Shown: piece after piece, positions 12,215 to 32,583 of the stretch | Layout: each line of letters opens with the position of its first letter | Position numbering within the stretch: position 1 is the stretch's first letter | NCBI GenBank assembly: GCA_030704615.1 | Contig: CM060734.1 | Span: 11,532,001-11,596,000, forward strand | Length of the DNA stretch: 64,000 bases | Source of the DNA: Takakia lepidozioides | Taxonomy: Eukaryota > Plantae > Bryophyta | Direction: 5' to 3' | Notes under the pieces: generated by a model | Databases searched by the model: none | Told to the model about the DNA's origin: nothing | The model's input: the letters and a program-made list of their open reading frames with translations, nothing else | Position numbers and translations under genes: made by a program

Positions 12215-13080
12215 TTAACGAAAGTGTAGTCGCGATGGCATGGAGGTGTGCTTGATATGTTTCCAATTTACTTCACGCTCAAACTCAGGCCAGGCTGTGG
12301 ACTGGGGGGAGCGGGTTCCAGGTGCACTGATCTTGGGTCTCGCTGTGGCAAATGATGCCGTGACAAGCCCAAGTTGCCCTGAAGGAGGCATGGATTGACT
12401 TCGCTTGTCTGGGAGCTCTTTGGCAATCTGCACAACACTTATCCCACTCTTTCTTAGATTCTGTTATGAGGTCATTGTAGATGCTAGTGAGGAGGCTGGA
12501 AGTAGAACAAATCTCCCCCGAGAAGGTTCTGGAGCATCGAGCCCGCCAAAGGTGCCACAGAGTGGAGCTTCTGAGCGTTTCAAAACTTGGGCAAGAGAAG
12601 GACTTCTGCTTTGAGGTACTATTGCAGTTGAGTAGCAGGTCCAGGTGGGGGAGAGATTCGAGAGGCTCCAATGACGATATACACTTTAACCAGGGGCCAG
12701 ATTTTGGCCGGAGCATGACAAGAGAGTAGACAATGTTCTATGGATTCGATAATGCCAGAGGTACAGCGCGAACATAAGAGGGCCTCTTGCAATTGTAACC
12801 ACTCGCCCGCCGCAACCACAAAAGACAGGGCAATGTCAGCGCTCTCTCTTCCGGCAGTCGACCGCATCACGGAATGCCAATCAGACACCCCCATTCATTC
12901 ATTCCTATGGGTTCAGACGATATCGATTGGCCCACTTCGCGAGGCAGCAGGATGCCCCCACTCCTGGCCAATGTCGCCCTCAATGCACGAAAGCCCCTCC
13001 CAGGCCAACGTCCAAGTGTCACGTGAAAAGGTATGCAGACGATTCCATCATCACTCGGGCCGACCCGACCTTCCTGACCG
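12215..13080 (-). mobile_element. L1-clade LINE ORF2 C-terminal fragment (zf-RVT region), frameshifted
   Basis: CSRCTSGIIESIEHCLLSC...KIW followed by LRSSTLWHLWRARC..F, the L1 C-terminal zinc finger and W-rich motif. Confidence 0.8.
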
Positions 13081-13811
13081 AAGTGGTAGTTATCTATTGG
13101 TGTTACATTTTCCTACTCCCCAGGTGTAACACATAAAATGGATCTCCCCGGCAATAAAATCAAACATGAGTATACATACATATTGAATGAAGTGCCACTT
13201 GTGAGAACTATGGCAGTTACATCCTATTGTCAGTCAGCCCATAATCTGTTCACTTCTCCAGGTAGTAGTAACTCTTATGGGTTCAACAACTGTGAATATT
13301 CTGAACTATTGTGGACACTTGGGCCCAACAAATGATAATGACCCTCTTCAACACAACAACACAGATAGACTCTCATTTTCTTCTTTGGTGAGTACAGGAT
13401 CTTTACTGTCACGAAAAATAAGTTAAAAAGAATATGGAGACCATCAGGCTTGAAATTGTTCACTACCATGATGAGGGCGAGACTGTCTTCCGCACTAAAT
13501 TCAAGACCAAAAATGTTTATTGTTTGTCAGAACTAACCAAAATTAGGTGTGGGGAGGCACCACATAATCTCTGACAAATAAAAGGGGGTGAAAGCACCCT
13601 GATCTACACCAACAGCCTGAATGTGGACACTCAAAGTTCATGACTATAGTAAGTATGTATCAGAAAGAAGGAACCCCCAATTCTATAGGGGGCACCAAGA
13701 TCTCAAGAGGTGCTTCCTGCTCAGAATTTGAAGCTCATGTTCAAACAACCACTTTCTTTCTCAAAATACTCTTAGAATTAATACAGTAGAAACAGGAAAG
13801 CCCCACATGAA

Positions 13812-19693
<5,882 letters not shown>

Positions 19694-21282
19694 CCTTACG
19701 GATCGATTAGCAAACTTCAGCAGTGACTCGCCTTGCGGTGTGTTACGAAACTTCGATCCAAAATACAGACTCCCCAATCGGTCCTGAAATCGCCCAGATC
19801 GCAGAGGCACAGTAATAATAAACACTCTTCAGGTCCACAGTGTGTGCAGTCCGCCCCGTCCTCGATATTACCCCCTCTGTCTCTGGATTCCTCGCCTCTC
19901 TTGTGTGCCCAGGCCCTTCTCTGGCTCTCCTCCTTCGGGAGGGGTTACGTGGCGTTTTCTAGAACTTTGACGGCGGCTTCATCTAATATACGTAGATTAG
20001 TCATCCTCTTCAAGTAGGTGTGGTGACTGTTCTGTGTAGAACTGTACTATAGCCCTTGTCTGTGCAAAATGGTGGCTAAAAACTAGTGCACTGGATTCAT
20101 TCCAGTTCTTGAGCTTCAACCCATCTGTCAACCCAATCCAGCTGCCTAGGCAGACACAGTGCAGGCACGGTTTTTCTTCCAGGGAGCTCTCTCTCTCTTG
20201 TTGAGAGATCTCTTTGCACTAGCATTATGCAGCGATGACCCCTCAAGGTTTGGGAAATCCATGGCTGCCATGGCTGGAGAGCAATCTACTGAAGCGAAGA
20301 TGAGAAGCACAGGGAGACAATGAGACGACAACACCCATGTGCAAGCAAGCAAATCTACATACGATGACTTTTGTTACGTTGGAGTAGTGCTTTGGCAGCA
20401 GCCTTGAAGCCTAGATACACACCTCCTTCTCTTTAGAAGCAAAATTTGGATCACAGATGTCAAGTTTTTTCTCCACAGATGCTAACTCTGGATCACAAAT
20501 CACAGTTGCACATCTATACCTACTGAAGCAAACTTCCAAATCACAGGGATCACATGAACAGCCTATTTCAAGTAAAATCATTCTGAACCACAGCACAGCT
20601 CACTTAGCTTTAGGTTTAGATGGCATTAAGGTTTGTGAAGCAGACATATTGAGGAAGAATGCGTGTTCTTCCATACCCACTTCACACTTTGGTTTGTACT
20701 TAAGAACCAAATTGTTACTGGTTCTAATACTAATCAGGGATGTTGAAGAAATAGTAGTTTGCAACTCTTCCCAACATGACCCCAATACCTTCGTGATTAC
20801 TTTCCTTACCTTTCATAGAGTTGGGTGACACTTGCACTTCTTCAAGGACAAAGAATTGAAGTCCCTCAGGGAGGGCCCAAGACCCGGCTTACTTGGTCTA
20901 AGAAAACATTCCCTCTGCAATCATGTGGAACTCCCCCAAAGAGTTGCAAGTTCATTATCTGCAATACTCCCAGAGTGTGTACTCTCACAAGAGTGACATG
21001 TAGATGTCCGCAACAGATAGTTGCCCATCATGTGGGAGATGATTTGGCGCCAACATATCAATGAGGAAGGAAAACGCGAAAAAACTCAGATATTGAGTAT
21101 CCGAGAAAATCTTGTTGGGCCTAGAGTCCTACAAGTAGCAGTGTTACAGAAATTTTGTTTTGCAGTCTTCAAAAACAATTTAGATAGGAACAGTTAAGGG
21201 CTTAAAGCTTGGATTGCAAATCTCTACATTCCACCCTCCACTGGGCGTTCCTCATTGGTGCAGTTCCGAACTTTGGAGAGTT

Positions 21283-22464
21283 TTAAGTAACCAAGGTGCT
21301 GGCTGTTGCTGACTCACTGCACAGGGCATCCAGAGAGAGCTCAGATTAGTGATAGCTGCCAACCTAATTCCGCTGTCCACAAGCACATGACCCCAGATAT
21401 CTCATGTCACCAAACATCACCTCTCACCATTACCGCAGATAAGATAAAAGATGGGGCTGCAACTCGCTAACATGGAATCTTGAACTTACTAGTTCCAGTT
21501 GGGGGGAATCTTTTTGGTACGCTGGTAATAACGAGCCAAATGGTGGACGCGGCTGTCAATGAGAATCGAGCGGAACTTGGAATCCTTACCCTTCCTGTTC
21601 CTCTCCAAATGCTTGCGCACAGCCACGGCCGTTTCAATCAGATGATAAAGGTCCTCTGGAATCTCTGGTCCCAAACCTGTCAATTTCCAAGAGAGTTTAC
21701 CGTTCAAATTCATAGGGGCCAGAGTCAAAGCCACCATAATATCCAGTCCTGACTATCTTCCAGAGACACTTCATGAGCTTCTTCGCTAATACTTCAGGGA
21801 GGGTCTAAATAGACTGAATAGTTGCTGGAACAAGAAGAAGCTATGTCGACACGAGCGACGCCAGAAGGACGACACCAGAAGGAATTTTTTACCGGAATTG
21901 ACCATGCTTGCCAGTGTGGCATACAGATGACAAAAATAGGGAGGCATTTAGGTGCTGTCATGGCCCTTGAGAATGCGGAAGACCTTGCTGCCCGTCACGC
22001 TGTTAACTTGCGCAATACCGTGAGAGTCCCTCAAAATCCCTGTGATGGCGTCAGCCCCTTCCTTGCCAACTTGCAAATACGGTCTTCACACCCAGACAAC
22101 ACAACAATTTGTAAACACACGAGTACACCCCCCTCAAGGGCCTTCCCACACGAAGCGAAATCAGAATCACGTGAAACGAAGCACTGGATGATGCACATGA
22201 TTCGGTTCATTGAACAGTTAGAATGCTGTTACGGGGGATCCAAGATTTACCAAGTTGCAATACATAATTACACAGCCATTCGAATGGAATCTCACGAACA
22301 ACCCACCTCCTGGGCAGGGCCGATGAGGACATACCCTTCCTGCACATCCGACAAGGCAACTGCTTATCACGGTAGACATCCACCATATCTTCCGGGGCTT
22401 AACGAACTCCAAAAAAGCTGCGAGCAGGAACTAGAGCTCACCCGCCACTTTGCATACGACCCAT
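21283..22464 (-). pseudogene. RPS13: 40S ribosomal protein S13 (uS15) unprocessed pseudogene, 5 exons: 22464-22442, 22339-22307, ~22090-21958, 21677-21490, 21316-21283
   Basis: MGRMQSGG / KGMSSSALP..QE / [37 protein letters not shown] / [14 protein letters not shown]...RKHLERNRK...PPNW / ESATASTLVT*. Introns retained, deletions in exons 2 and 3, exon-3 donor lost. Confidence 0.92.
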
Positions 22465-23154
22465 GATGGCCGGATTGACAAAGGTCGGAAACGACAAAGG
22501 TACGCAACGACAAACAAGCTCAGCATGAATCCGAAGGAACTCTACGTAGCGTTTCTCTTAGGTTTTCCGAGCTTCACACCGTGAAGTCCGTCCGATCAGA
22601 AAAATCGGACGGCCTTTGACCATAACCTTGTTAACCTAATCAAGGCACAAGAACAGTGACGGAAGGTGAGGGGAAATGTAAGGTACCCCTCCAAAAACCT
22701 CAACAGCAAAGCAAATGATAATTTAACCTCGCGGAGGAGTCTCTCTCTCGCTCTACAGAATTAGACCAAGCAGACTTAACCATGAGGAGCTCTACATGAT
22801 ATATGGGTACACTCCCCAGAATCCTCAAAAGTTGTATGATAGTCTTCCACTAGAAACTTGAGGAGGTGCCATATGCAAGAGGCAACTCCAATTACTTTTA
22901 GTTGAGAACCAAACCAACCCACAACCAAGCACCACCGCTGAGGAGGTGGCCCCCACTGCCAAGTCGTAAAGCACCGGTCGAAAAATCTCTTTGTAATTTC
23001 AGGGCGCTTATTCCCGTGAATGGCCATCTACAGCCTGCTTACACAAATGTAACGCGCCCTAGGGTGGGTTACGCATAACCGCCCTAGGGTGCTTACACAA
23101 TCCAAGCTATAGATAAAGGACACGTGTGATTTTCCTCCCAGTGCTTCACGCACT

Positions 23155-23264
23155 GTAAGGCCCCTCCCCGCGGGCGTTCCACGATTTTCGGGCTGCCAGC
23201 CTCGGGCTAACGCCCTCGGCAGCCAACCCTTAGATCGTGGAATGCCCTTGGGCAGGGGCCTTAC
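23155..23264. repeat. ~110-bp inverted repeat (31-bp arms, 4 mismatches) with an inner GC stem
   Basis: GTAAGGCCCCTCCCCGCGGGCGTTCCACGAT (23155-23185) pairs with 23234-23264; inner GGCTGCC/GGCAGCC stem. Confidence 0.8.
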
Positions 23265-23710
23265 CTACACGTAAGGCATGCAAACTGCGTAGTTTAATGT
23301 AATTTGTTAGTACTATGCTTGTGTCTTAACTCCCAACCACCAACACGATCCATAAGCATGCAATGACATGAGGCTTAGAACTGAACCTCTTTCAAAGAGA
23401 AGACCTTGACTGAGTACAAAATGTCGGAGGCATTGACCTATGGAATACCAAACGCCCATGTAATCAACTATCATCTACAACCCCCACTAAATCAACCATT
23501 GGTGCATGTACAACCACTAGTGGTTGTAGATGATTTATTGATGGTTGATTTAATGGGCAAATAGTATGCGTAGGTGTATCAAATGCCCATGTCTTCATCC
23601 CATTTGTTCACCAAATTTTCTTTAATAGATTCTTATATCGTTAAAATTATTATGGGCATTTGACACATGTAGGAATGCCATCCGACCATGTACTTCAATA
23701 AATCAAGCTA

Positions 23711-23877
23711 TTTGTTGGCACCTACGATGTTGTCACCATCTATGTTAGTGGTGCCACCAACGTTGTTGCCCCCTGCGTTAGGGGCACCACCTGAGTTATT
23801 GACACACCTGTGTTAGTGGCACCACCAACGTTGTTACCGCCTACGGTAGTGGCGCCAACCTTGTTGACACAACCTAG
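23711..23877 (+). repeat. Degenerate ~33-bp tandem repeat ending in CTAG|T, possible Helitron 3' end
   Basis: Four to five units resembling GTTAGTGGCACCACCAACGTTGTT; terminal CTAG at 23874-23877 followed by a T run. Confidence 0.4.
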
Positions 23878-23902
23878 TTTTTTTTACTATTTCATAAAAC
23901 TA

Positions 23903-24067
23903 CATATATATATGACGCCTCCCGAAGGAAGTGTAACCCAGAAGGGCTACCTCTGCCTTCCGCTAGGAAGGTGGACACCTTCATGACACACCAGACCGTG
24001 GTTTGAAACCCACAACCACATCCAACGTGGTATGTGGCCATTACCACTGGGCTACATGCTGGTTGTC
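23903..24067 (-). mobile_element. tRNA-derived SINE
   Basis: Minus strand: A box TAGCCCAGTGG (24054-24044), B-box-like GGTTTCAAACC (24010-24000) 33 nt downstream, anticodon-arm-like hairpin between them, (TA)n tail, degenerate TSD TTCATAAA...ATATATG on both sides. Confidence 0.72.
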
Positions 24068-25289
24068 TTCATAAAGCAAATATATGTACGTATTTAGACG
24101 TATGTCACAAACGTAAGTTATTTAAATAATTCAAAATATGATTAGACATGTTAAAATATATCTAGTTAAAAAAGCGTGATGGATGAGCTCCGGAGCTCCA
24201 CGTTCTGCGAGGAGAGAGAGACGGTCCAACGGCCTTCTGCATCTCCAAGCCGTTTCCTTCAATCCTTCTCCCACCTCCCTGAGCCTTAAACAGTCATTGT
24301 TCTACTGCAAAGTAGCTCCAATTGAACCATTTCTTCCTACATTTCGTTTTCGATAGTTCTCCCCTTCAGAAGAACTATCCCAAATTCTGTAGATGAAAGC
24401 TCTCCCTTCATCCTCCCCAGCCTATTCATGGTTCTCCTCCATCTCGGGTTTTCTATTTACTTCTAGCGGCCAGGAAGTGCACCACCCTTGGCAGCTCTCC
24501 CTCGTTCACCATGCAAGGTTAGTTCTATGAACATCCTCATCCCCCCTAACATTTTCAACAATATCCCCGACACCCTTGGCCTTAACCGCCATGCAGCTGT
24601 GACGTCTTAATTCTTTGATTCCACCACCCATTACCCCTACCTCCCCACTCTTTTGAGGCTCGGCCTTCTCCCCATCATCTAGCCTCTGGTGTTTCGTTTA
24701 CTCCAGCGCAATCTCGTCGGCCTCCTCCTCTCTACCCATCAGTACTCGTTGCTGGTTCTAGTGGGTTTTCAATGTGTCCGTATTTCTTTTGTGGCTCTTT
24801 GGCTTGTGTCTGTATCCCTTGCGCTTTCCCCTACTTTTAATCTCCTCTCTCCCCCTCCCCCGCTCCTGGAGACTTCCTCCTTGAGTTTCTAATCTTCATT
24901 TCCTCGCCGGTAGTGGTCAGCCAGGTCTCCAATGGTCCTCTAATCTCTCGCGCCTATAGAGGGGTGGATAGGAATCATAGGCAGTCGGAACTCGGGAGGT
25001 TTCCCGCTACGCAGCATGCGCAGCCTTCCTCCGGCACTGGTTTTTTTTGGCCCACCAAGCTCAGTCGCAAAGTCATCAGTTTTGAGGTAGTCATGTTAAC
25101 AGAGCATCCCACAGCTTCTCTCGTGAGGTGTCCTCCCAGGAGAACCTGGCCTTTTCCACTTAGGCTCGAGGCAGGAGTGACAATGCTCTGCATGGTGCAT
25201 CTGATCCCACAATGGTGGGTGATTCTGACAAAAGTCTGGCTGACCTACAACACGACGTCTCCACGCTGCATCTAGCTATGAGCAAAGAC

Positions 25290-25545
25290 CATCCATTGAT
25301 CAATGTGGATGTGGCCTAACTGAACAACCGAGTGTCAGACATTGAAGAGAAAGGCATCCTGCTTCACTTCCCCGGTAAAAATGTGAACAACGCCTACGCG
25401 AGAGATTGAGCAATAAGACGCTTGGGAGGTTCGGGAGATCTCAAGCAGCATTTCTGTCACTCTCGTGGTAGGGGATTCTTCTCAATCATGCTTGAATCTA
25501 AAGAAGCTGCCTTGAGGGCCCTTTCTTTCAAACATTATTTCTCTA
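25290..25545 (+). mobile_element. Degenerate L1 ORF1 (DUF4283-like) fragment
   Basis: GILLHFPG...RGRGFFSIMLESKEAALRAL, with in-frame stops. Confidence 0.5.
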
Positions 25546-26060
25546 TCTTCAGTTTCTTCTGGCTTTCCAACAGGGAATCTACTGAGTGCATCCACATTCG
25601 TGTGTTTGCTTCCAAGTCTGCGAACAATACGAAATTTGAAGTCTTGTAGCATCATGATCCAGCGTCCTCTTCTACCATAAGCATCGCTCAGAGTGGCAAG
25701 CCAATCTAGAGGTTTGTGATATGTTATTACCAAGAATGGTGTCCCATACATGTACTGTCGGAAATGAAGAATCCCTCATACCAGCGCATAACATTCCCCT
25801 TCCATAGGATGATATTTTCTGTTGTGTGTCTGAGCGTGTCTTACTAGCATACGCAATCACGTGTTCTTTCTTTCTTTGTTTTTGTGACAAAGTAGCCCCT
25901 ACACCCTTAGCTGACCAGTCAACATCTATGATAAAAGGTTTGGTGAAATCTAGTCTTACCAAGATTGAAGCCTGTATGAGCTTCAGTTGCAGAGCTTCGA
26001 AGGCGTTATGTGCCTATGCATTCCTTTTGAAGGTGATGTCTTTCTTGGTCAGCTCAAACA
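25545..26060 (-). mobile_element. Ty3/gypsy RT-RNase H fragment
   Basis: DFTKPFIIDVDWSAKGVGATLSQ, VIAYASK, EGECYALV, HKPL.WL, RWIMMLQDF and NVDALSR; frameshift and stop present. Confidence 0.85.
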
Positions 26061-26691
26061 GTGGTCCGGCAGCGTGAGCATATTTCTCTATGTACTCTAT
26101 GTAGTATCATGTCATACCCAGGTAGACCTTAACCGGATAGTAGGAAGTTTGTCCAAAACGACTGCACTTACGATTGCAAACCCAGTCGTAACGGACTTTG
26201 CGACTGGGGGGCTAGTGCATTCAGACAAGAGAGTGGAATATCGTCGGACAAGTTGCTCATGTCACTAGTTTAGGAATTTCGTGGAGGGGATAATTGGCGC
26301 ATCCGTGCAGAGCGCAGGGGTATTGGACTTTGACTTTGACTTTGACTTGTAGTATTATTGATTTTTTACTGGTGTTACTTGTTGTCGCGCCTGTGGTAGT
26401 GCCACAGAATCACACGTGGCATCCATATAGTATTCTGGATAGCCACGTGTCACTTTGGCACTGGAGCGCCACACAACAACTGAGGTGTTGTATGCAAAAT
26501 CAAGCATGTTGGACAATGCTACATCCTACCAAACCAACCATAAACAAAGAAGATCACAAGTAATACATGAAAGATAGAACAACCCAGGAAACTGACAAAC
26601 AAAATTCCACCAAATCTTTACTTCAAATGATCCTCTGAGAATAAACAGTGGGTGGTTCATATGGATTTGCTACAACTTTGCATCACCATAC

Positions 26692-26975
26692 TTAGTGAAC
26701 ACAAGCCTTCCTCAAACTCTTTGCTGGCCACAAAATGTAACTGCCTAGTATGTGCTCAAGTCTAGTCTGAGGGGGATCATCGTTCATATTGGGCAAAAAC
26801 AGGGCAACATGCGGATGGGTACATTCAAGGACTTTCACCTTATACCAACCTGAGCGTATGTCCTTGCCATGGGTACTTGTTCCTGCCAGGTAGCCCAACC
26901 ACTTCCGTTCTCGCTGTGGACGCCTCTATGCGCTTGTCATGAGGGTTCAAGCTGAGATACACGGTCTCTTGCATT
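26692..26975 (-). mobile_element. CACTA/En-Spm accessory protein (TnpA-like C-terminal domain) remnant exon
   Basis: HGKDIRSGWYKVKV...LFLPNMNDDPPQTRLEHILGSYILWP resembles the En/Spm-associated C-terminal domain; one frameshift; no CACTA termini found. Confidence 0.55.
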
Positions 26976-28010
26976 TGTAAAGAAAAGCAGCAAGGCGTCA
27001 ACATAGGTGAAGGTGCGACAAATCCAAAGCAGGAAACTGAATCATTAATACAAGTAAATCGATGGACAGCAAACATCAAAAAAAGTCCAGACCTTACCGC
27101 GTATGTTGCACTAGATGAGAGAGCAGCTGGAGTCTGATGTTATTGTGAACCCTCTTGTATTATGATCCTGGTTCTCTCATATCCCATCTCTTCCCTCAAT
27201 ACCCTTACACCTCTCCCTAAATTTCAATAGCAGGGGACTTAATATACCTGAAGAATATGAGTACAATACCCAAGTTTCTAAACAGATGCTGGAAGACACA
27301 GATTCACACTAAATGGCCAGCCATGCATTTCAAGCCTATATCCTACTGAAAGACAAACTTCAGATTGTTTCCTTGGATATGATAGCAGTCCTTAGTGACA
27401 AACGACTCCATCTTCCACCATCAAATACTTACTGCAAAACTGAGAATGTATCTTCACACTCAAAACGAAAAGGGAAATGGCATTGCCATGACAAGTTTAT
27501 GACAACTATGACAGGTCTCCAACGCCTCCATCCCGTGCCCCTACTGTACATACAGGCTGAAATGTATTGAAGAAGAAGGTGCCCCTCACCTCACCGTCCT
27601 TGACTTAGTAACCACTGACGGAGGATTCAGCCAAATATCAGCCCAAAAGGACCTCTTGTGTGTGCCGCTTGCGTCTTTAGTGAAGTGATGTCGGATAGGT
27701 CTGTGAGAACCACCACGATGCAACTGAGCAGCCATAGATTTAAACAGTGCCTCCTACTTGACAAAGCTCACCCTCGCTCCCAAGTACCTTGTAAACACCT
27801 GAAAAATACGCAGGGGTTCTTCTACTACTCCTCCGCCATCTTGGGAATCGGCCCCGCCACCAGGCTTGCACGATAGGGGTTCTTCTAACCAAATCGTGAT
27901 ACTCATAGGAAGAGCCCACATTTCCATGATCTTTCAAAAAACTCATACCAACACTGCTCCATGCTCCACACAGTATAGCTTAGTGCCCGAAAATCTGCAA
28001 TCATAGCACT

Positions 28011-29260
28011 CTAAGGCACCACATTTTGTTCTTGCAGATTGTCAAACACTCCATTTGCATTCTGGATGCTCCCACATTTGGCATATATGTTCAGTAGGGC
28101 AGTATTCAGAACGGCATCTGATACAATTCCAGCTTTGATGATGTTACCATGGGCCTCTTTGTCCTTTCCCTCCTTGCTACTATCTTCCTCTGAGAAAGAG
28201 AGCTGCACTAAGCTGAACTCAGTGCCCTAAAACCGAAAAACCAGACTTCAGTCAAACTCCCTTTCTCATCCTACATGAAGAAAGCTCACATTGTCGAGGC
28301 TACTGTCCCACCATTGTGAAGTATCTTTGAAACAAGGTCACATTCATTTGCGTTCTCAAAGCTTATGACAGCCTAGAAGCCCCTGGAAACCATGTGCAAG
28401 TCTGCCACCCTGGAAAATGGCAAAGATACTTGGGCAACCTTGTCTGGCATGACCCCTTGCTGTAGAATTTGTTCATACATCTACAAAGCCTCCCTACCAC
28501 ACCTATTCAGCATATCCTGCAGTCATTACACTCCATGAGACCATGTATCTTGTTCAGCCATTTTGTCAATCATGTTGCGAGCATGCTTCGTGTTTCCACA
28601 TTTGGCATACATGTCAACAAGGGCAGTCTGCAGTCTGATATCCGAGGGAATACCAAATTTGATGATGTTTACATGGACCACCTTGCCCTTTTCCAGGGCT
28701 TGCAGACTGGCACACGCACGGAGAACAGGTCCAATGAACCTGCCCTCATTTGGCACCATCCCTTCACATATGATTTGTTCATACAACTGTATAGCCTCCA
28801 TACCACACTCATCTTGAGCATATCCTGCATTCATCATATTCCATGAGACCAAATTTCGTTCAGCCACTCTATCGAACACTCGGCGTGCATCCTTCATGTT
28901 CCGATATTTATGGCAGCAAAGGCAGCCTCAAGAATGATATCAGAAGGAATTCTAGCTTTGAAGATGGCAGCATCGGCCTCTTTGCCTTTTTTCAGGTTTT
29001 CTGGACTGACACACGCATTGAGAATAGAAATGAATGTAACCTTGTTAGGCATCACCCCTTCAGCTGATAGATCTAAAAAGCCTCCATAGCACACCCATGC
29101 TGAGCATATCCTGCAATCATCGCACTCCATGAGACCATTTCGTTTAGTCGAACACTTGATGCGCATCCTTCGTGTTCCCACATTTGGAATACATGTCGAC
29201 AAGGGCAGTGCCCAGCACGATATCTAGTGCAATTCCTGATCTGGCAATGTCAGCATGGCC
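28011..29260 (-). pseudogene. Degraded PLS-class PPR fragments
   Basis: TALVDMYAKCG, ARRVFDRVAERNLVSWN, LRACASLQALEKGKVVH and LNTALLNIYAKCGSI in several frames with deletions. Confidence 0.85.
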
Positions 29261-30370
29261 AGAGTCTCTGTTTTCAGTTTTCGGACCTTTGCCTGTTGCC
29301 ACATTGGCAGTAGCATGTCAAACTAACTCCAAACTGACAAGCTAACTGGCAGAGTTCAACTTGAAAAAATTAGGGACAACTCTTATAGGAGGACAAAACA
29401 GGTCAAAGTGTGTTGACGAAGGTGCCCTCACCACGTTGTCCTTGACCTTGTGTCATGAAAGCAGCTAGCTTTTCTTTCACCCAAGGAGGATTCAACCAAC
29501 CATCAACTGAAAGGACCTCTTGTGTGTGTTGCTTATGTCTGTAGCCAGGTGATCTCGTATCGGTCTGTGAGAACCACCACAGTGCAGCTGAGCAACCATA
29601 GGTTTAAGCATGGCCTCCTGAGACAAAGCTAAACCTCGCAAGTACCTAGGAAAAAAAACACATCATGAAATTGAAAAAAGAGCCCACTTTTGCAAAATGG
29701 GCAAACTTATTCACATCATACATTAAGAAAGGCACACCTTGCCATTGTTGTTGTCCCGCCATTGTAAAGGATCTTTAAAATACTCATGCCAGCGCTGCTC
29801 CATGCTCTTCGTGCCCGGAACTCTGACAGTATCAACACTTGGACAGGTTCCTTTATGAAGGAGTGTTAGTATAGCTTTCACCAACATTCATGCAAGTCAC
29901 TGTGGGCTCCATTGGACTCTACACAATGAGGAACATATGATCATCAGTCCTAAGTTCATTTTTGAGGCCCTTGGAAAAGATGTCCAAAATATTATTTTGC
30001 TTGAGTCATACTCACTCTCACCTGCAAGCTTCCAACGTGCACCACCATCTACACAAGCAACACTAGTGATATCTTCCCACCGTCACCATACTGTTCTCGA
30101 TCATGTGGCATGGCAATTAGTGCCCGAAAAACCAAAGGAGGGTTGAACCAACCCTCGCTCCACAAGCCCTCTTCTGTTAACTGGTTATTTCTGTAGTCTG
30201 GAGATTTTGGACTGATCTGTAAAACCACCAGGGAGAAGCTGAGCACCAACCGTCTCAACCCTCCCAATTACCTTGTAAACTACCTTGCGCATCCTACTTT
30301 CATGCCCTGCTTAGGAAGAACAACCTACCGTACTGACCGTAAAAGCAGAGCAAAGGGGATTCGAGCTTCA

Positions 30371-31456
<1,086 letters not shown>

Positions 31457-32583
31457 CTCTGCCTCCTCACAACTCGTCCACAAACTTGCATGTGTAGATC
31501 AGAGACTCAATTGATACTGGAGATGATGTTTCCAGATTTTTGGAGGAAAGAAGAAAATGTTCTGCCGTGTATGAAGTGAGTGAGTTCTAGTTTTGAGATT
31601 TTTTAATTTTTATGTTTTTAGGCCTTGTCTACAGAGCTCTAGGGGAACAAGAGCGGGCAACTCACATCCACCACACAAATATCGCTCAATTATTCCTCAT
31701 TGATTCAATGCTAGGCCAGGAGTAAACTAAAAGTAAATTCAATATGATAGTGTATTCAGAAACAAAACACTAGCACATGCTTTTTGCAAGAAGGAGAGAG
31801 TGGCAAAGACCGGTCTTGGAGCACAAGCTGCGAAGAGGAAGACCAACGAAGGAAAAAAAAAAAAAAAAAAAAAACTAGTGTTTGCCCTCTCTACTAGGAA
31901 ATACCACACCTAAACCTAAACCCCTAGTAATCAAATTATTATACCCCTCCCTATTACCCGACCATTGAACAGATTTACCCTCAATTTTGGGAAAAACAAT
32001 TAAAACCCCGATTAAACCATAAGGCACACTCACCGTGATCAGTACTATTAAGAGCCATGCATCCTCCCAAAGGTGAATTTTCAAGGAACTAAATGAAGGG
32101 ACAGATCCCTAGAAGGAAGACCACTTAATTTGTAAGTGATCATCTGCCAAACTTATGGACCATTGTAACCGGATCATTGACCTTTCGTATGCTTTGAAAA
32201 AATAATAGATCATTGACCTTCTCTCTTGACCTTTCCTAAATCACAAAGATCTAAGTGTAATTAAGCCTCGAGGCTTTGGATGAGAGCTTGATATGTTTCC
32301 AGTAGCCTCTTTTGGCAAACTACTACATGAGCACCCTAAAAGAGCTCACAAAGCTATCGTCAACCCAGCGATTAACCCTCCCATTGATTGCCTTAAACAT
32401 AGGCAAGGCCACCTATTAACCAAACCAGAAGGCATTAAGAACGAAATCTGGCTACAGGCATCGCTCTACACACCGACTGTCACCAACTCTTTGCACCCGA
32501 GCCGATACTCGCCCGCTTGCCTATGCAAATTAAACATTATCCCTGGCATAACCTAGATGGCTTCTCCATGGAAAATATGCCCG

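Noticed and set aside
20040-21100. Possible retroelement or gene remnant upstream of AspAT
   Set aside because: Short ORFs and a TGGCGCC motif, but no recognisable domain or LTR pair.
21822-22466. 214-aa plus-strand ORF
   Set aside because: Antisense to the RPS13 pseudogene with no recognisable domain.
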